In this document: positions 9,856 through 18,669 of the stretch, in pieces | Layout: the number at the start of each line of letters is the position of its first letter | How positions within the stretch are numbered: the stretch's first letter is position 1 | Source: Rhodospirillaceae bacterium | GTDB taxonomy: Bacteria > Pseudomonadota > Alphaproteobacteria > SP197 | Direction: 5' to 3' | Length of the DNA: 64,000 nucleotides | Assembly (NCBI GenBank): GCA_002722885.1 | Contig: PBNE01000018.1 | Coordinates: 3,113 to 67,112, forward strand | The notes under the pieces: model-generated | Told to the model about the DNA's origin: nothing | Seen by the model: only the letters and a program-made list of their open reading frames with translations | Databases searched by the model: none | Translations under genes and position numbers: made by a program

Positions 9856-11325
9856 TCAGGGTAGGCAGTCGAGGTACTTCTCGAGATCCCAGCTGCTCAC
9901 CTCGGCGTTGAAGCGATCCCATTCATCACGCTTGTATTCGTCATAAACCTCGTAGAGGCGGCCCGGCATGCCGGCCTGCACCACCTTGTCTTCAGCCAGA
10001 GCATCGAGCGCATCGCCGAAGTATTTAGGCAGGCGCTTGACCTGCTTTCCGGCCTCCATAGCGTCATAGATATTCCGCTGCTCGGGCTCACCGGCATCGA
10101 CGTTCCGCTTGATACCGTCATCCATGGCGGTCAGCAGGCATGACGCCATCAGGTACGGGTTCACCATCGAATCCACGGCCCTGTACTCGAACCGGCCCGG
10201 GGCGGATACACGCAGCGATGTCGTACGGTTCTGATAGCCCCAGTCGGCATAAACCGGCGCCCACATGCCAAGGTCCAGCATGCGCCGGAACGAGTTCGGC
10301 GTGGACGACCCGATGGCGGTCAGCGCGGGCAGATGCTCCATCACACCGGCGATGGCATTCAGTCCGATCGGGCCGGGCATCCAGTCCTTCGGATCACTGA
10401 TGAAGAGATTGCCGCCGCCCTTGCTGTGTTTGTAGACGTCATCGACGCCCGGACGCGGATCACCACAATGCGCAACGACCTCATCGTCACCGCCACGCCA
10501 CAGCGACATGTTGTGGTGACAGCCGTTGGCCGGCATGCCCATGAAGGATTTCGCCATGAAGTTGGCGATCAGCCCTTCTTCGCGGGCAACCTGGGCACAG
10601 ATCTGGCGATAGGTCGTCAGCCGGTCGCAGGTCCGCAAGGCGTGGTCGTAGGTAAAGTTGAGCTCCAGCTGGCCCGGTGCGTCCTCATGGTCACCCTGGA
10701 TCATGTCGAGCCCCATGGCCTGGCCGTAATCGACCACTTTCATGTAGACATGGCTGAGCGCCTCGAACTGGTCGATGTGATAGGCGTAGGGCTTGGTCGG
10801 GCCGCCGTCGGGCATGCCGTCTTCACCGCGGTTCAGCCAGTTCATCTCCGGCTCGCAGCCGTGACGCATGTGGAGACCGTCATGGTCGTCCATGAACTGT
10901 TGGTGAATCCGGCGCAGGTTGCCGCGGCAATCCTCTTCCATGAAGCCGCCAGGGTTCTCGTCTTCCTCCCGGCCATAAAAGACCGTGCAGAACACGCGCG
11001 CGGCACGCTTGTTCCAGGGAAGCTGACAGAAGGTGTCGGGATCCGGGATGCCGACCAGCTCATGAGCGTTGGAATCGAACCCGAGCAGATTGCCCGCACG
11101 ATCGGGGAAGACATTGGCGATGCCGCCGTACCAGGTCTGGATGCCCTTCATCGCCATGGTTTCCCAGTGCGGCGATGGCACGGCCTTGCCCATGATCCGG
11201 CCGGTGATCGAGATGTACTGGTAGTAGATAAAGTCGATACCCAATTCGTCGATCTTGGCGCGAACCTGCTTGATCAGCTCATCGCGCCCGGGCGAATGGC
11301 AATAGACGTCAACATCTTTGTCCAC
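9856..11325 (-). CDS. Glutamine synthetase-family ligase (489 aa, divergent; possible gamma-glutamyl-amine synthetase)
   Basis: GS beta-grasp N-domain and catalytic-domain motifs (GDHEDAPGQLELNF, NGCHHNMSLW). Confidence 0.85.
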   Translation of the reverse strand: MDKDVDVYCHSPGRDELIKQVRAKIDELGIDFIYYQYISITGRIMGKAVPSPHWETMAMKGIQTWYGGIANVFPDRAGNLLGFDSNAHELVGIPDPDTFCQLPWNKRAARVFCTVFYGREEDENPGGFMEEDCRGNLRRIHQQFMDDHDGLHMRHGCEPEMNWLNRGEDGMPDGGPTKPYAYHIDQFEALSHVYMKVVDYGQAMGLDMIQGDHEDAPGQLELNFTYDHALRTCDRLTTYRQICAQVAREEGLIANFMAKSFMGMPANGCHHNMSLWRGGDDEVVAHCGDPRPGVDDVYKHSKGGGNLFISDPKDWMPGPIGLNAIAGVMEHLPALTAIGSSTPNSFRRMLDLGMWAPVYADWGYQNRTTSLRVSAPGRFEYRAVDSMVNPYLMASCLLTAMDDGIKRNVDAGEPEQRNIYDAMEAGKQVKRLPKYFGDALDALAEDKVVQAGMPGRLYEVYDEYKRDEWDRFNAEVSSWDLEKYLDCLP

Positions 11326-11348
11326 GTGAATTCCTCCCCTCGGCCGCT

Positions 11349-12710
11349 TCAGACGGCTTCGATGTAACGCGCCCGTTCGAAGGCGCTGACGTGTTTGCGG
11401 ATCACCGCTTCTTCGTGGCGGCGTGTGGCAACGAAATGATCGACAAAGCGGTCACCGAACAGCGCGCGTGCCGGCTTGCAGACGTCCAGACGGTCGGCGG
11501 CTTCAAGCAGATCGTGCGGCAGGCCGGGCACACCTTCCGGCGTTTCATCGGGTCCGCCGCGCGTGATCGGCGCGGGCAGCTTGGCCTTGGTCTCGATGCC
11601 GTGAAGCGCACCGGCCAGGGTCAAAGCGATGGCGAGATAGGGATTGGTGTCCGATGCCGGAAGGCGGAACTCCATGCGTGCCAGTTTCGCGGGCGACGGC
11701 ACGGCGCGCACCGCAGCAGCATAATTCTGGACCGCCCAGGTCGCCGTCTTCGGGGCCCAGTTTCCGGGCGTCAGGCGCCGATAGGCATTGGCCGTATGGG
11801 CACAAAGCGCCAGGGCTTCGGGCGCAAGGTCGACCAGGCCCGCGATGGCGTGGCGCATGGTCTTGCTCATACCGTCCTTGTCCTTGGCGTCATGGAACAG
11901 GGGCTTGCCTGTCCTGGCGTCGGACAGCGAGAGATGCACATGGCCGGAAAGGCCCGCGTGTTGTGCGCTCAACTGCGCCATGAAGGTCGCTGTCAGGCCG
12001 CGGCGGCGCGAAAATGCCTTGGTGAAGGTCTTGAACAGCACGGCATCATCGGCCGCGCGCAGCGGATCGGTCGCCCGCAGGGTGGCCTCGAAACAACCGG
12101 GGCCCAGTTCGAGGCCCAGACCATAGACACCCACGCCCAGCGTATCGAGCACACCGTTCAGATCGGCGACATAGTCGCTGTAGATCGCAGCCGACTGGCT
12201 GGCCCAGCAGCGGTTGTCGGGCGCGTACATGCCGAACCCGTCGAACCCCTGATCGCGCAGAGTCTCAGCTGCCTCATCGAGAACATGGAACTCGAACTCC
12301 AGTGCTGCCTGGATCTTGAAACCCATGGCCCTGGCCCGCTTGATCTGCGCCTTCAGCAATTCGCGCGGACTGAGCTGAGCCGACGGACCGGCATAATCGG
12401 AAAACACCAGGGCGGCATCGGCCTCGAAGGGGTAATCCCTGACGCTGTTCCAATCGAGCGACATGGCCTCGCCCACGAAGGGCGGTTCGCCGATCACGCT
12501 CTCGCCGGAATCCCATTTGTGCAGCACGTTGACGAAGGTCCCGCCCGGCCCGAAGGCCGTCTCGACATCGTCCAGCGCCAGACGACGCTCACGAAGACTG
12601 GCATCGAGGTCTGGGATCGCGACATGGACGGTTTTCACACCACGCCTGCGCAGGCCTTCTTTGCCCCCACGACCCGCGGCCTTCTTCACCGTCTTTTTCA
12701 CCGCCATCAA
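11349..12710 (-). CDS. Glutamine synthetase-family ligase (GlnT/PuuA/GmaS-like, 453 aa)
   Basis: GS catalytic motifs (ELGPGCFEATL, SGHVHLSL). Preceded by a near-consensus sigma54 promoter. Confidence 0.85.
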   Translation of the reverse strand: MMAVKKTVKKAAGRGGKEGLRRRGVKTVHVAIPDLDASLRERRLALDDVETAFGPGGTFVNVLHKWDSGESVIGEPPFVGEAMSLDWNSVRDYPFEADAALVFSDYAGPSAQLSPRELLKAQIKRARAMGFKIQAALEFEFHVLDEAAETLRDQGFDGFGMYAPDNRCWASQSAAIYSDYVADLNGVLDTLGVGVYGLGLELGPGCFEATLRATDPLRAADDAVLFKTFTKAFSRRRGLTATFMAQLSAQHAGLSGHVHLSLSDARTGKPLFHDAKDKDGMSKTMRHAIAGLVDLAPEALALCAHTANAYRRLTPGNWAPKTATWAVQNYAAAVRAVPSPAKLARMEFRLPASDTNPYLAIALTLAGALHGIETKAKLPAPITRGGPDETPEGVPGLPHDLLEAADRLDVCKPARALFGDRFVDHFVATRRHEEAVIRKHVSAFERARYIEAV

Positions 12711-12778
12711 TCATGCCCCCAGGTGTTGGCGATCGTTCGATGCAGAAACGAATCGACCGCTGCCCCACAATCCTAACC

Positions 12779-12794
12779 CGCAAGGGCCGTGCCA
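12779..12794 (-). promoter_or_regulatory. Sigma54 (-24/-12) promoter upstream of the GS-like gene
   Basis: The minus strand reads CTGGCACGGCCCTTGCG, i.e. TGGCAC-N5-TTGC with exact spacing. It lies about 70 nt upstream of the start codon at 12710. Confidence 0.65.
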
Positions 12795-12980
12795 GTTCAA
12801 TCACTGAAGCCGGTCTTGTTTTTCTTCCTTGTTTTCCAACAGTTAGTCGGCCCATCAAAAAACCGAGGAGCAAGCTTCTGTTCTTGTTGATGTAGAAATG
12901 CAGCAATGCTGCAGTTTCTCAGCGAGAGATTGACGTCGTGACTCTCTGGAAATCTGACTGTGCAGCGCAAGAGTTTCCCG

Positions 12981-13841
12981 TCAGGCCGCGCGACTTTCCA
13001 GACTCAGAACAACACAGCGCAGGTGGCTCATGATCTTACTTCGGGGCCCGATGGCGCGAAGCTGTTCAAAGTCTATCGGCGCACCAATATGCACATCGAT
13101 CGGAGAGCCACAGCGCCGGCAAAACTCGCTCGCCATGAGCGTTCGCCGAAGATCGATTTTGATCTTCCCAAGCGCGTGGGCCAATCTGCTGGCTCTACCC
13201 GGCAAGAAGATGGGAACAGTGGTGGCCCGCGTCTCCAGGATCAAACTGGCGTTCAACCGGCCCCAGGGCTGATCAACGGCCGGGCCGAAGGGATTGCGCG
13301 CAATTGCGACTCCAGCAGTCGGGAACACAATCACGATCTCGCCTCGTAACAAGCAGGCGCGCGCCTCGCGGCGGCTTTCGATGTTGGTGGTCTTGGCCGC
13401 AGGCGCATCGGAAAAGTCGACAGATAAGGCGAACTTTCTTAGCGGCTCAAATCGCAACAAGGCCTGATCGATCAAGATACGAAAGCGACGGCCCATTTGT
13501 TCGGCAAACGCCAGCATTGTTAAGCCATCAAAAACACCCAAAGGATGGTTTGCCACCATAAGAACCGCGTCGTCTTTCGGAATCGTCGGCGGCCAGCTTT
13601 CACCGTGAAGACGGCGCTGAATTCCGAGACGACCCAATCCGTCATTCCAAATCAGAGGAGTGTCGCGTTCAGAGGCTACCAGCCAAGGAGTGAATTCATA
13701 GCGATAGTCGCGCAGAAATCGGGCACACTCGCCCACCGATTCAATTAGACGGAACGCCACGCGCTGCAGAAGCGGATGTTCTTCACGAACGTAGGTTAGA
13801 ATCCTGAGACTCATCGTTCGCTGGGGGCTTGCAAGCTTCAA
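12981..13841 (-). CDS. Lysophospholipid/PlsC-family acyltransferase
   Basis: VANHPLGVFDG (acyltransferase H-box) and IVIVFPTAG (FP.G block). The start is uncertain (13841 or ATG 13814). It sits in a visibly lower-GC stretch. Confidence 0.7.
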   Translation of the reverse strand: MKLASPQRTMSLRILTYVREEHPLLQRVAFRLIESVGECARFLRDYRYEFTPWLVASERDTPLIWNDGLGRLGIQRRLHGESWPPTIPKDDAVLMVANHPLGVFDGLTMLAFAEQMGRRFRILIDQALLRFEPLRKFALSVDFSDAPAAKTTNIESRREARACLLRGEIVIVFPTAGVAIARNPFGPAVDQPWGRLNASLILETRATTVPIFLPGRASRLAHALGKIKIDLRRTLMASEFCRRCGSPIDVHIGAPIDFEQLRAIGPRSKIMSHLRCVVLSLESRAA

Positions 13842-13883
13842 ATGAGGTTCGGCGAAGCAGCAGGGAAATTCGGTCGAGTTAGC

Positions 13884-15488
13884 CTAGCCCGCACGGATCA
13901 GCTCCGCCGCACGCTCGGCAATCATCATCGTCGGTGCGTTGGTGTTGGCTCCGACAAGCCTCGGCATGATCGAGGCATCGACCACCCTCAATCCTTCGAC
14001 CCCGCGCACGTTGAGCGACGGATCGACAACGGCCATGTCGTCGATCCCCATCTTGCACGTCCCGGCCGGGTGATAGTGCGTGGCGTAGAAACGGGCAATG
14101 TGCCGATCGATCTCATCATCGCTCTGGCACTGCTCGCCCGGATCGACTTCCTCACCGCGGTAAGGCTCGAAGGCCTGGGCGGCATGAATACGCCGCGAAA
14201 TCCGGAAGGCCTCGCGGTTCACACGCTTGTCCTCCGGATCGCCGAGATAGTTGTGCCAGATGACCGGAGCGTCGTAGGGAGAATCCGAACGCAACGTCAC
14301 GTTGCCGCGTGCATAGGGTCGCAGCTGCGCCCAATGAATGTTGTAGCCGTCGTAGCTGGCGTGGTGCAACGCATCGCTCTCGGCCGGTTTGGCCACAGGA
14401 AACATCAAGAGCTGAATGTTGGGTCGTTCCAGAGCCGGGTCCGATTTCACAAACGCCTGGGCATTCATCGGGAACACAGAAAGCGGTCCGCTGCGGGTCA
14501 GCGCGAGCTGTATCAGAGCGCCGGCGAGCCGGATCGGGTTGCGCAGCTGATAGTAGGTGATGGGCTGTTTGCAGCGGTGCTGAACCATGGAGCCGAAGTG
14601 ATCCTGTAGGTTCGCCCCCACACCGGGCAGCGGAACGATCACATCGATTCCCAGTTGCCGCAGATCATCCGGGTTGCCGATCCCCGACAGCATCAGCAAC
14701 TGGGGTGACTGATAGGCGCCCGCCGACAGGATCACCTCCTGGCCGGCATGAATGACGTGCTGCTTGCCCCGGATTTCCACCAAGAGACCTGTGCAGCGAT
14801 TCCCGTCAAAGAGCAGCTTCAGCGCCCTCGCCCCCGTTTCGACACGCACGTTCCGGCGCCGTTTCGCTGGTGTCAGATAGGCATTCGACGACGAGTGCCT
14901 CAGGGGAAAGGCATGGGTATGCGTGTACTGCGACGGCCCGAACCCTTCCTGTTGCGCGCCGTTGTAGTCATTGGTGACCGGATAACCCAGTTCTGAGCCG
15001 GCATCGATGAACGCCTGATAGAGCGGGTTGTCGTAACGGCCCAGGGCCGTCCGCAGCGGGCCGTCTGTGCCGCGCCGCTCGCTGGGCGGGCCGTTCCACC
15101 GCTCGGACTTCTTGAAGCAGGGCAGCACATCCTCGAACGACCAGCCGCGGCAACCAAGCTGTGCCCATTCGTCGTAGTCTCTGTCGTGGCCGCGGACGTA
15201 GAGCTGGCCGTTGATCGACGACGACCCCCCCAGCACCTTGCCCCGTGGCAGGCCGACACGGGCGCCTTCGAGCTCTCCTTCGGGCTCGGACACGAACTTC
15301 CAGTCATGCATACCGCCAACGGTGAAAACCTCTCCGATCGGCATCCGGATCATCGGACTCCAGTCACGCGCACCGGCTTCCAGCACAAGCACACTGACGC
15401 CGGAATCCTCCGAGATCCGGTTGGCGAGGACACAGCCCGCCGAACCGGCGCCGACAATGATCACATCGTATCGCGAGGCAAGGGTCAT
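13884..15488 (-). CDS. GMC-family FAD oxidoreductase (choline dehydrogenase-like)
   Basis: DVIIVGAGSAGCVLANRLSED-type FAD fold, GGSSSINGQ.Y, and the C-terminal HP.GTCKMG active-site block. Confidence 0.9.
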   Translation of the reverse strand: MTLASRYDVIIVGAGSAGCVLANRISEDSGVSVLVLEAGARDWSPMIRMPIGEVFTVGGMHDWKFVSEPEGELEGARVGLPRGKVLGGSSSINGQLYVRGHDRDYDEWAQLGCRGWSFEDVLPCFKKSERWNGPPSERRGTDGPLRTALGRYDNPLYQAFIDAGSELGYPVTNDYNGAQQEGFGPSQYTHTHAFPLRHSSSNAYLTPAKRRRNVRVETGARALKLLFDGNRCTGLLVEIRGKQHVIHAGQEVILSAGAYQSPQLLMLSGIGNPDDLRQLGIDVIVPLPGVGANLQDHFGSMVQHRCKQPITYYQLRNPIRLAGALIQLALTRSGPLSVFPMNAQAFVKSDPALERPNIQLLMFPVAKPAESDALHHASYDGYNIHWAQLRPYARGNVTLRSDSPYDAPVIWHNYLGDPEDKRVNREAFRISRRIHAAQAFEPYRGEEVDPGEQCQSDDEIDRHIARFYATHYHPAGTCKMGIDDMAVVDPSLNVRGVEGLRVVDASIMPRLVGANTNAPTMMIAERAAELIRAG

Positions 15489-15492
15489 GGGG

Positions 15493-15903
15493 TCAGGCTC
15501 CCGTCAGGTGGTTTCGCAGGGTCCCGATAAGCGCATCTGCAGCCCTGTCGTCGTATGGTTCCACCGTACCGACGCCCCAGACCGGGCCGGGCCAGGCATG
15601 GTCACCATCATGGCGCGCAATGACATGCACATGGAGCTGACGCACCATGTTGCCCAGCGCCGCGACGTTCATCTTGTCGGCGGACATGATGGAACCGAGG
15701 ACACGCGATACGCCGTCGATCTCCTCGGTAAGAAGATGGCGCTGGTCGGGATCGAGCTCCGTCAGTTCGACAAGGTTCGGCTGCATCGGCACCAGGATGA
15801 GCCACGGAAACCGTGCGTCGTTCATCAGGCGCACAGTGCTGAGCGTCAGATCGCACACCGGCCGCGTGTCGGCCTCAAGCCTGGGGTCGAGAACAAAACT
15901 CAT
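15493..15903 (-). CDS. HIT-family protein
   Basis: 136 aa with the histidine triad QLHVHVIAR. Confidence 0.85.
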   Translation of the reverse strand: MSFVLDPRLEADTRPVCDLTLSTVRLMNDARFPWLILVPMQPNLVELTELDPDQRHLLTEEIDGVSRVLGSIMSADKMNVAALGNMVRQLHVHVIARHDGDHAWPGPVWGVGTVEPYDDRAADALIGTLRNHLTGA

Positions 15904-15918
15904 GGCACCATACTCGAC

Positions 15919-17340
15919 CTAGATGGCAAAACCGCCAAGCTTGGTTTCGAGATATTCATCGAGGCCCTCGTGAGCGCCTTCCCGGCCCAGACCGCTGTCT
16001 TTCATGCCGCCGAAAGGCGCAGCGGCTGACGTCGGATTGATGTCGTTGATCCCGATGATACCGAATTCGAGCGCCTCGAAGGTCCGGAAAGCCCGAGCGA
16101 TGTCACGCGTGTAGATGTAGGCCGCCAGCCCATAATTCGTATCGTTGGCCATGGCGATTGCCTCCTGCTCGCCCTCGAAGGGCACGATTGCGGCGATCGG
16201 ACCAAAGGTTTCCTCACGGTAGATCAACATGTCGGGCGTGACATCGGTGAGGACAGTCGGCGCAAAAAAGAAGCCGCGATCCAGTCCGCCATCGGTCAGA
16301 CGATCACCACCACAGGCGACACCGGCACCGAGACTGCGTGCGTCATCGACCTGACGCGACATCTTGTCCAGCGCAGCCTGATTGACCAGAGGTCCGATGC
16401 TGACACCCTCTTCGAGGCCGCTGCCGGCCTTCATCCTGCCGACCCGTTCGGTCAGCGTCGCGACAAAAGGCTCCACCTTCGACCGGTGCACGAAGATCCT
16501 GTTCGGGCTGATACAGGCCTGGCCGGTGTTGAGGAACTTCAAGAGCTGGGCGCCTTTGGCGGCATGCACGGGATCAGCGTCTTCCAGCACCAGGAACGGT
16601 GCATGACCGCCGAGTTCGCAAGAGACACGCTTCATGTTGGCAGCTGCCTTGCCCGCCAGCATCTTCCCCACGGCGGTTGAACCGGTGAACGTGACCTTGC
16701 GCACCTTGGAATGGGTCGTCAGCACCTTGCCCACTGGAACAGGGTCGCTGCAGGTCACCAGATTGACGACGCCCTTGGGCACGCCGGCATCTTCAAACAG
16801 ACGCATCATGGCGATTGCGGTCAGCGGCGTCGCTTCGGCTGGTTTCAGAACCGCCGTGCATCCAGCCGCCAGCGCAGGCGCCAGCTTCCGCGTAATCATG
16901 GATACGGGATAGTTCCAGGGCGTAATCGCCGCCACGACACCGACCGGCTGCCGCACGGCAAGAAAGCGCTGATCGCGCCGTGCCGAGGGGATTGTACGGC
17001 CCTCGATACGCTTGGCTTCCTCGGCAAACCAGCTCAGGAAGTCAGCCCCATAGCGCACCTCCGTTGTCGCGGCCCGCAACGGTTTTCCCTGCTCAAGGGT
17101 CATGGTGCGAGCAAGCTCGTCGCGCCGTTCCAACATGAGAGCATGGGCTTTCATCAGGATGGCGGCGCGCTCATAGGCCGTGGTTTCGGCCCAGGCCGGA
17201 AACGCTGCATGAGCCGCTTCAACAGCACGGACGGCATGGTCGGCACCACCATCGGGCACCGCCTCCAGAACGGAGCCATCGGCGGGGTTGATCACATCGA
17301 ACTGCTGGTCGGCCTTTTCCCAGGCTCCATCAATCAGCAT
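15919..17340 (-). CDS. NAD(P)-dependent aldehyde dehydrogenase (succinate-semialdehyde dehydrogenase-like)
   Basis: ALDH motifs ITPWNYP, FTGST.VG, ELGGHAP and the catalytic Cys region NTGQACISPNR. Confidence 0.9.
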   Translation of the reverse strand: MLIDGAWEKADQQFDVINPADGSVLEAVPDGGADHAVRAVEAAHAAFPAWAETTAYERAAILMKAHALMLERRDELARTMTLEQGKPLRAATTEVRYGADFLSWFAEEAKRIEGRTIPSARRDQRFLAVRQPVGVVAAITPWNYPVSMITRKLAPALAAGCTAVLKPAEATPLTAIAMMRLFEDAGVPKGVVNLVTCSDPVPVGKVLTTHSKVRKVTFTGSTAVGKMLAGKAAANMKRVSCELGGHAPFLVLEDADPVHAAKGAQLLKFLNTGQACISPNRIFVHRSKVEPFVATLTERVGRMKAGSGLEEGVSIGPLVNQAALDKMSRQVDDARSLGAGVACGGDRLTDGGLDRGFFFAPTVLTDVTPDMLIYREETFGPIAAIVPFEGEQEAIAMANDTNYGLAAYIYTRDIARAFRTFEALEFGIIGINDINPTSAAAPFGGMKDSGLGREGAHEGLDEYLETKLGGFAI

Positions 17341-17421
17341 GGCGCATGTCCTTCAGAAGAAATGGGATCTCACTGTCTGCTTCGGGCTGGTACCACGACA
17401 ATGCAACTCCGTCATGCCGGT

Positions 17422-17640
17422 TCAACCGCACGCGGCGACATCGAGTGCGAGTTGCGGCAGATGAGACACCGAGCGCAAGACCTTCCGCAGCCTCTTCCGC
17501 GTCGGGCGATCCAGAGCGGCGATATCGACCTTTGAACCTGGCGCTTTGCCCTGCCCAATGTCTTGAAGCTGCTGTGCCAGAACCAGGCGCAAGAACAGAT
17601 CGTGTGCGTCGAGTAAAGCTGAAAGATCTCCCTCTCCCAC
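17422..17640 (-). pseudogene. C-terminal remnant of a DUF294-type (cNMP/CBS/nucleotidyltransferase) signalling protein
   Basis: LLDAHDLFLRLVLAQQLQDIGQGKAPGSKVDIAALDRPTRKRLRKVLRSV resembles the DUF294_C substrate-binding tail. There is no upstream coding continuation. Confidence 0.45.
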
Positions 17641-18370
17641 CAGACCGGGACATCTTTGCCTTCACCGACCACTCCTATCGCAAGCACGCTTACATGACGG
17701 CCCATGAGTTTGCCGCATTATGGAACAAATAAAGAACTTTCAATTAAGACCCGCCGAATGCAATTCTGACGTGGGTCTCAGGTGACGAAATCAACGAAAG
17801 TGAGATAACAATAAGCGGCGCGGAATGGCGTGGCGATGGACGAGTGACATACCCATTCACCGTCACAGCCGGAGATCTGCCAGTGAGAAGTTTGATGCGA
17901 GCTTCTCTGTTCGTGGATCGCACTGAAATAGGTAGGGGATGATTTCGGCACTTTCCCACTCTGTCTGAGTACTACTCCATCTCATTCAACACTCAACAGC
18001 CTGAGTAGAGTGTGGTGCCTTCCGGCATCTTGGTATTGCAGAAAACGGCACAAGACATCGCAGCACCGCTGAGGTTGGCACCTATGATGATACAATCGAA
18101 GTCAGCCATTTCATTTTACGCTTTAGCGTTTGCGACGAAGTCGCGGGACTCGCTGTGGCGATCGTTGCCCTGAGCCGCCGCCCAGTTGTAGCGAGCGTGC
18201 GCCTGATCCTAGGCTCGTAGAGCTCTCTGGCCGTCTTAAAACATAACGACCTCTATTTATATGTTCCTCGTGTCCACGTCTGATAACGACCATTCTGGAC
18301 GCGATAGTCAAGATACAGTTCGAATCTGTCTCTGACGGCAGTTATTCAAGTCAGTAATTTTAGAGTGATA

Positions 18371-18412
18371 CATCTGCACGCGCCTGAGGTTGGCCTCGGG
18401 CGCGTGCAGATG
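18371..18412 (-). terminator. 19-bp-stem hairpin downstream of the small membrane-protein gene
   Basis: CATCTGCACGCGCCTGAGG-TTGG-CCTCGGGCGCGTGCAGATG (one G-U pair). There is no U-tract, so its terminator role is inferred from position only. Confidence 0.5.
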
Positions 18413-18438
18413 CCATTGGGTAACTTACCCAGTTACGT

Positions 18439-18669
18439 CTACGCTCTCTTTCCTAAGAGATGCAGAATGATAGCGATAGCAACCAGACCAATAACGCCAG
18501 CTCCGCCGAGTTCGGCGACAAGGCCCATAATGTTGCCAGTCACGTCACCGGTGATGAACGCGACATTCTGACCAAAGAGAAGCTGAAGCACGATACCTAG
18601 GGCCAAAAGAGCGAGCCCAATTTCCGTTAACTGCATTACCCAAGATTTAATTTTACCAAGAACATCCAT
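18439..18669 (-). CDS. Small hydrophobic protein (76 aa, two predicted TM helices, basic C-terminus)
   Basis: Consensus AGGAGG Shine-Dalgarno 7 nt before the ATG. Two Gly/Ala/Leu/Ile-rich helices. Followed by a strong hairpin. No family recognised. Confidence 0.6.
   Translation of the reverse strand: MDVLGKIKSWVMQLTEIGLALLALGIVLQLLFGQNVAFITGDVTGNIMGLVAELGGAGVIGLVAIAIILHLLGKRA

Noticed and set aside
8791-9864. 357-aa plus-strand ORF spanning the SBP-PhyH intergenic region and the whole PhyH gene.
   Set aside because: It is antisense to the well-supported PhyH gene and has low-complexity Arg/Pro/Gly-rich translation with no motifs. Only the minus-strand mini-HTH at 8870-9031 was kept, and as a low-confidence observation.
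17993-18109. 38-codon Cys-rich ORF (MADFDCIIIGANLSGAAMSCAVFCNTKMPEGTTLYSGC) as a RiPP or bacteriocin precursor.
   Set aside because: There is no Shine-Dalgarno and no modification, transport or immunity genes nearby. The N-terminus looks like the beta-alpha-beta FAD-binding start (D-x-I-I-I-G-A-x-x-S-G) of an oxidoreductase, so it is more likely a gene fragment in the scar region.
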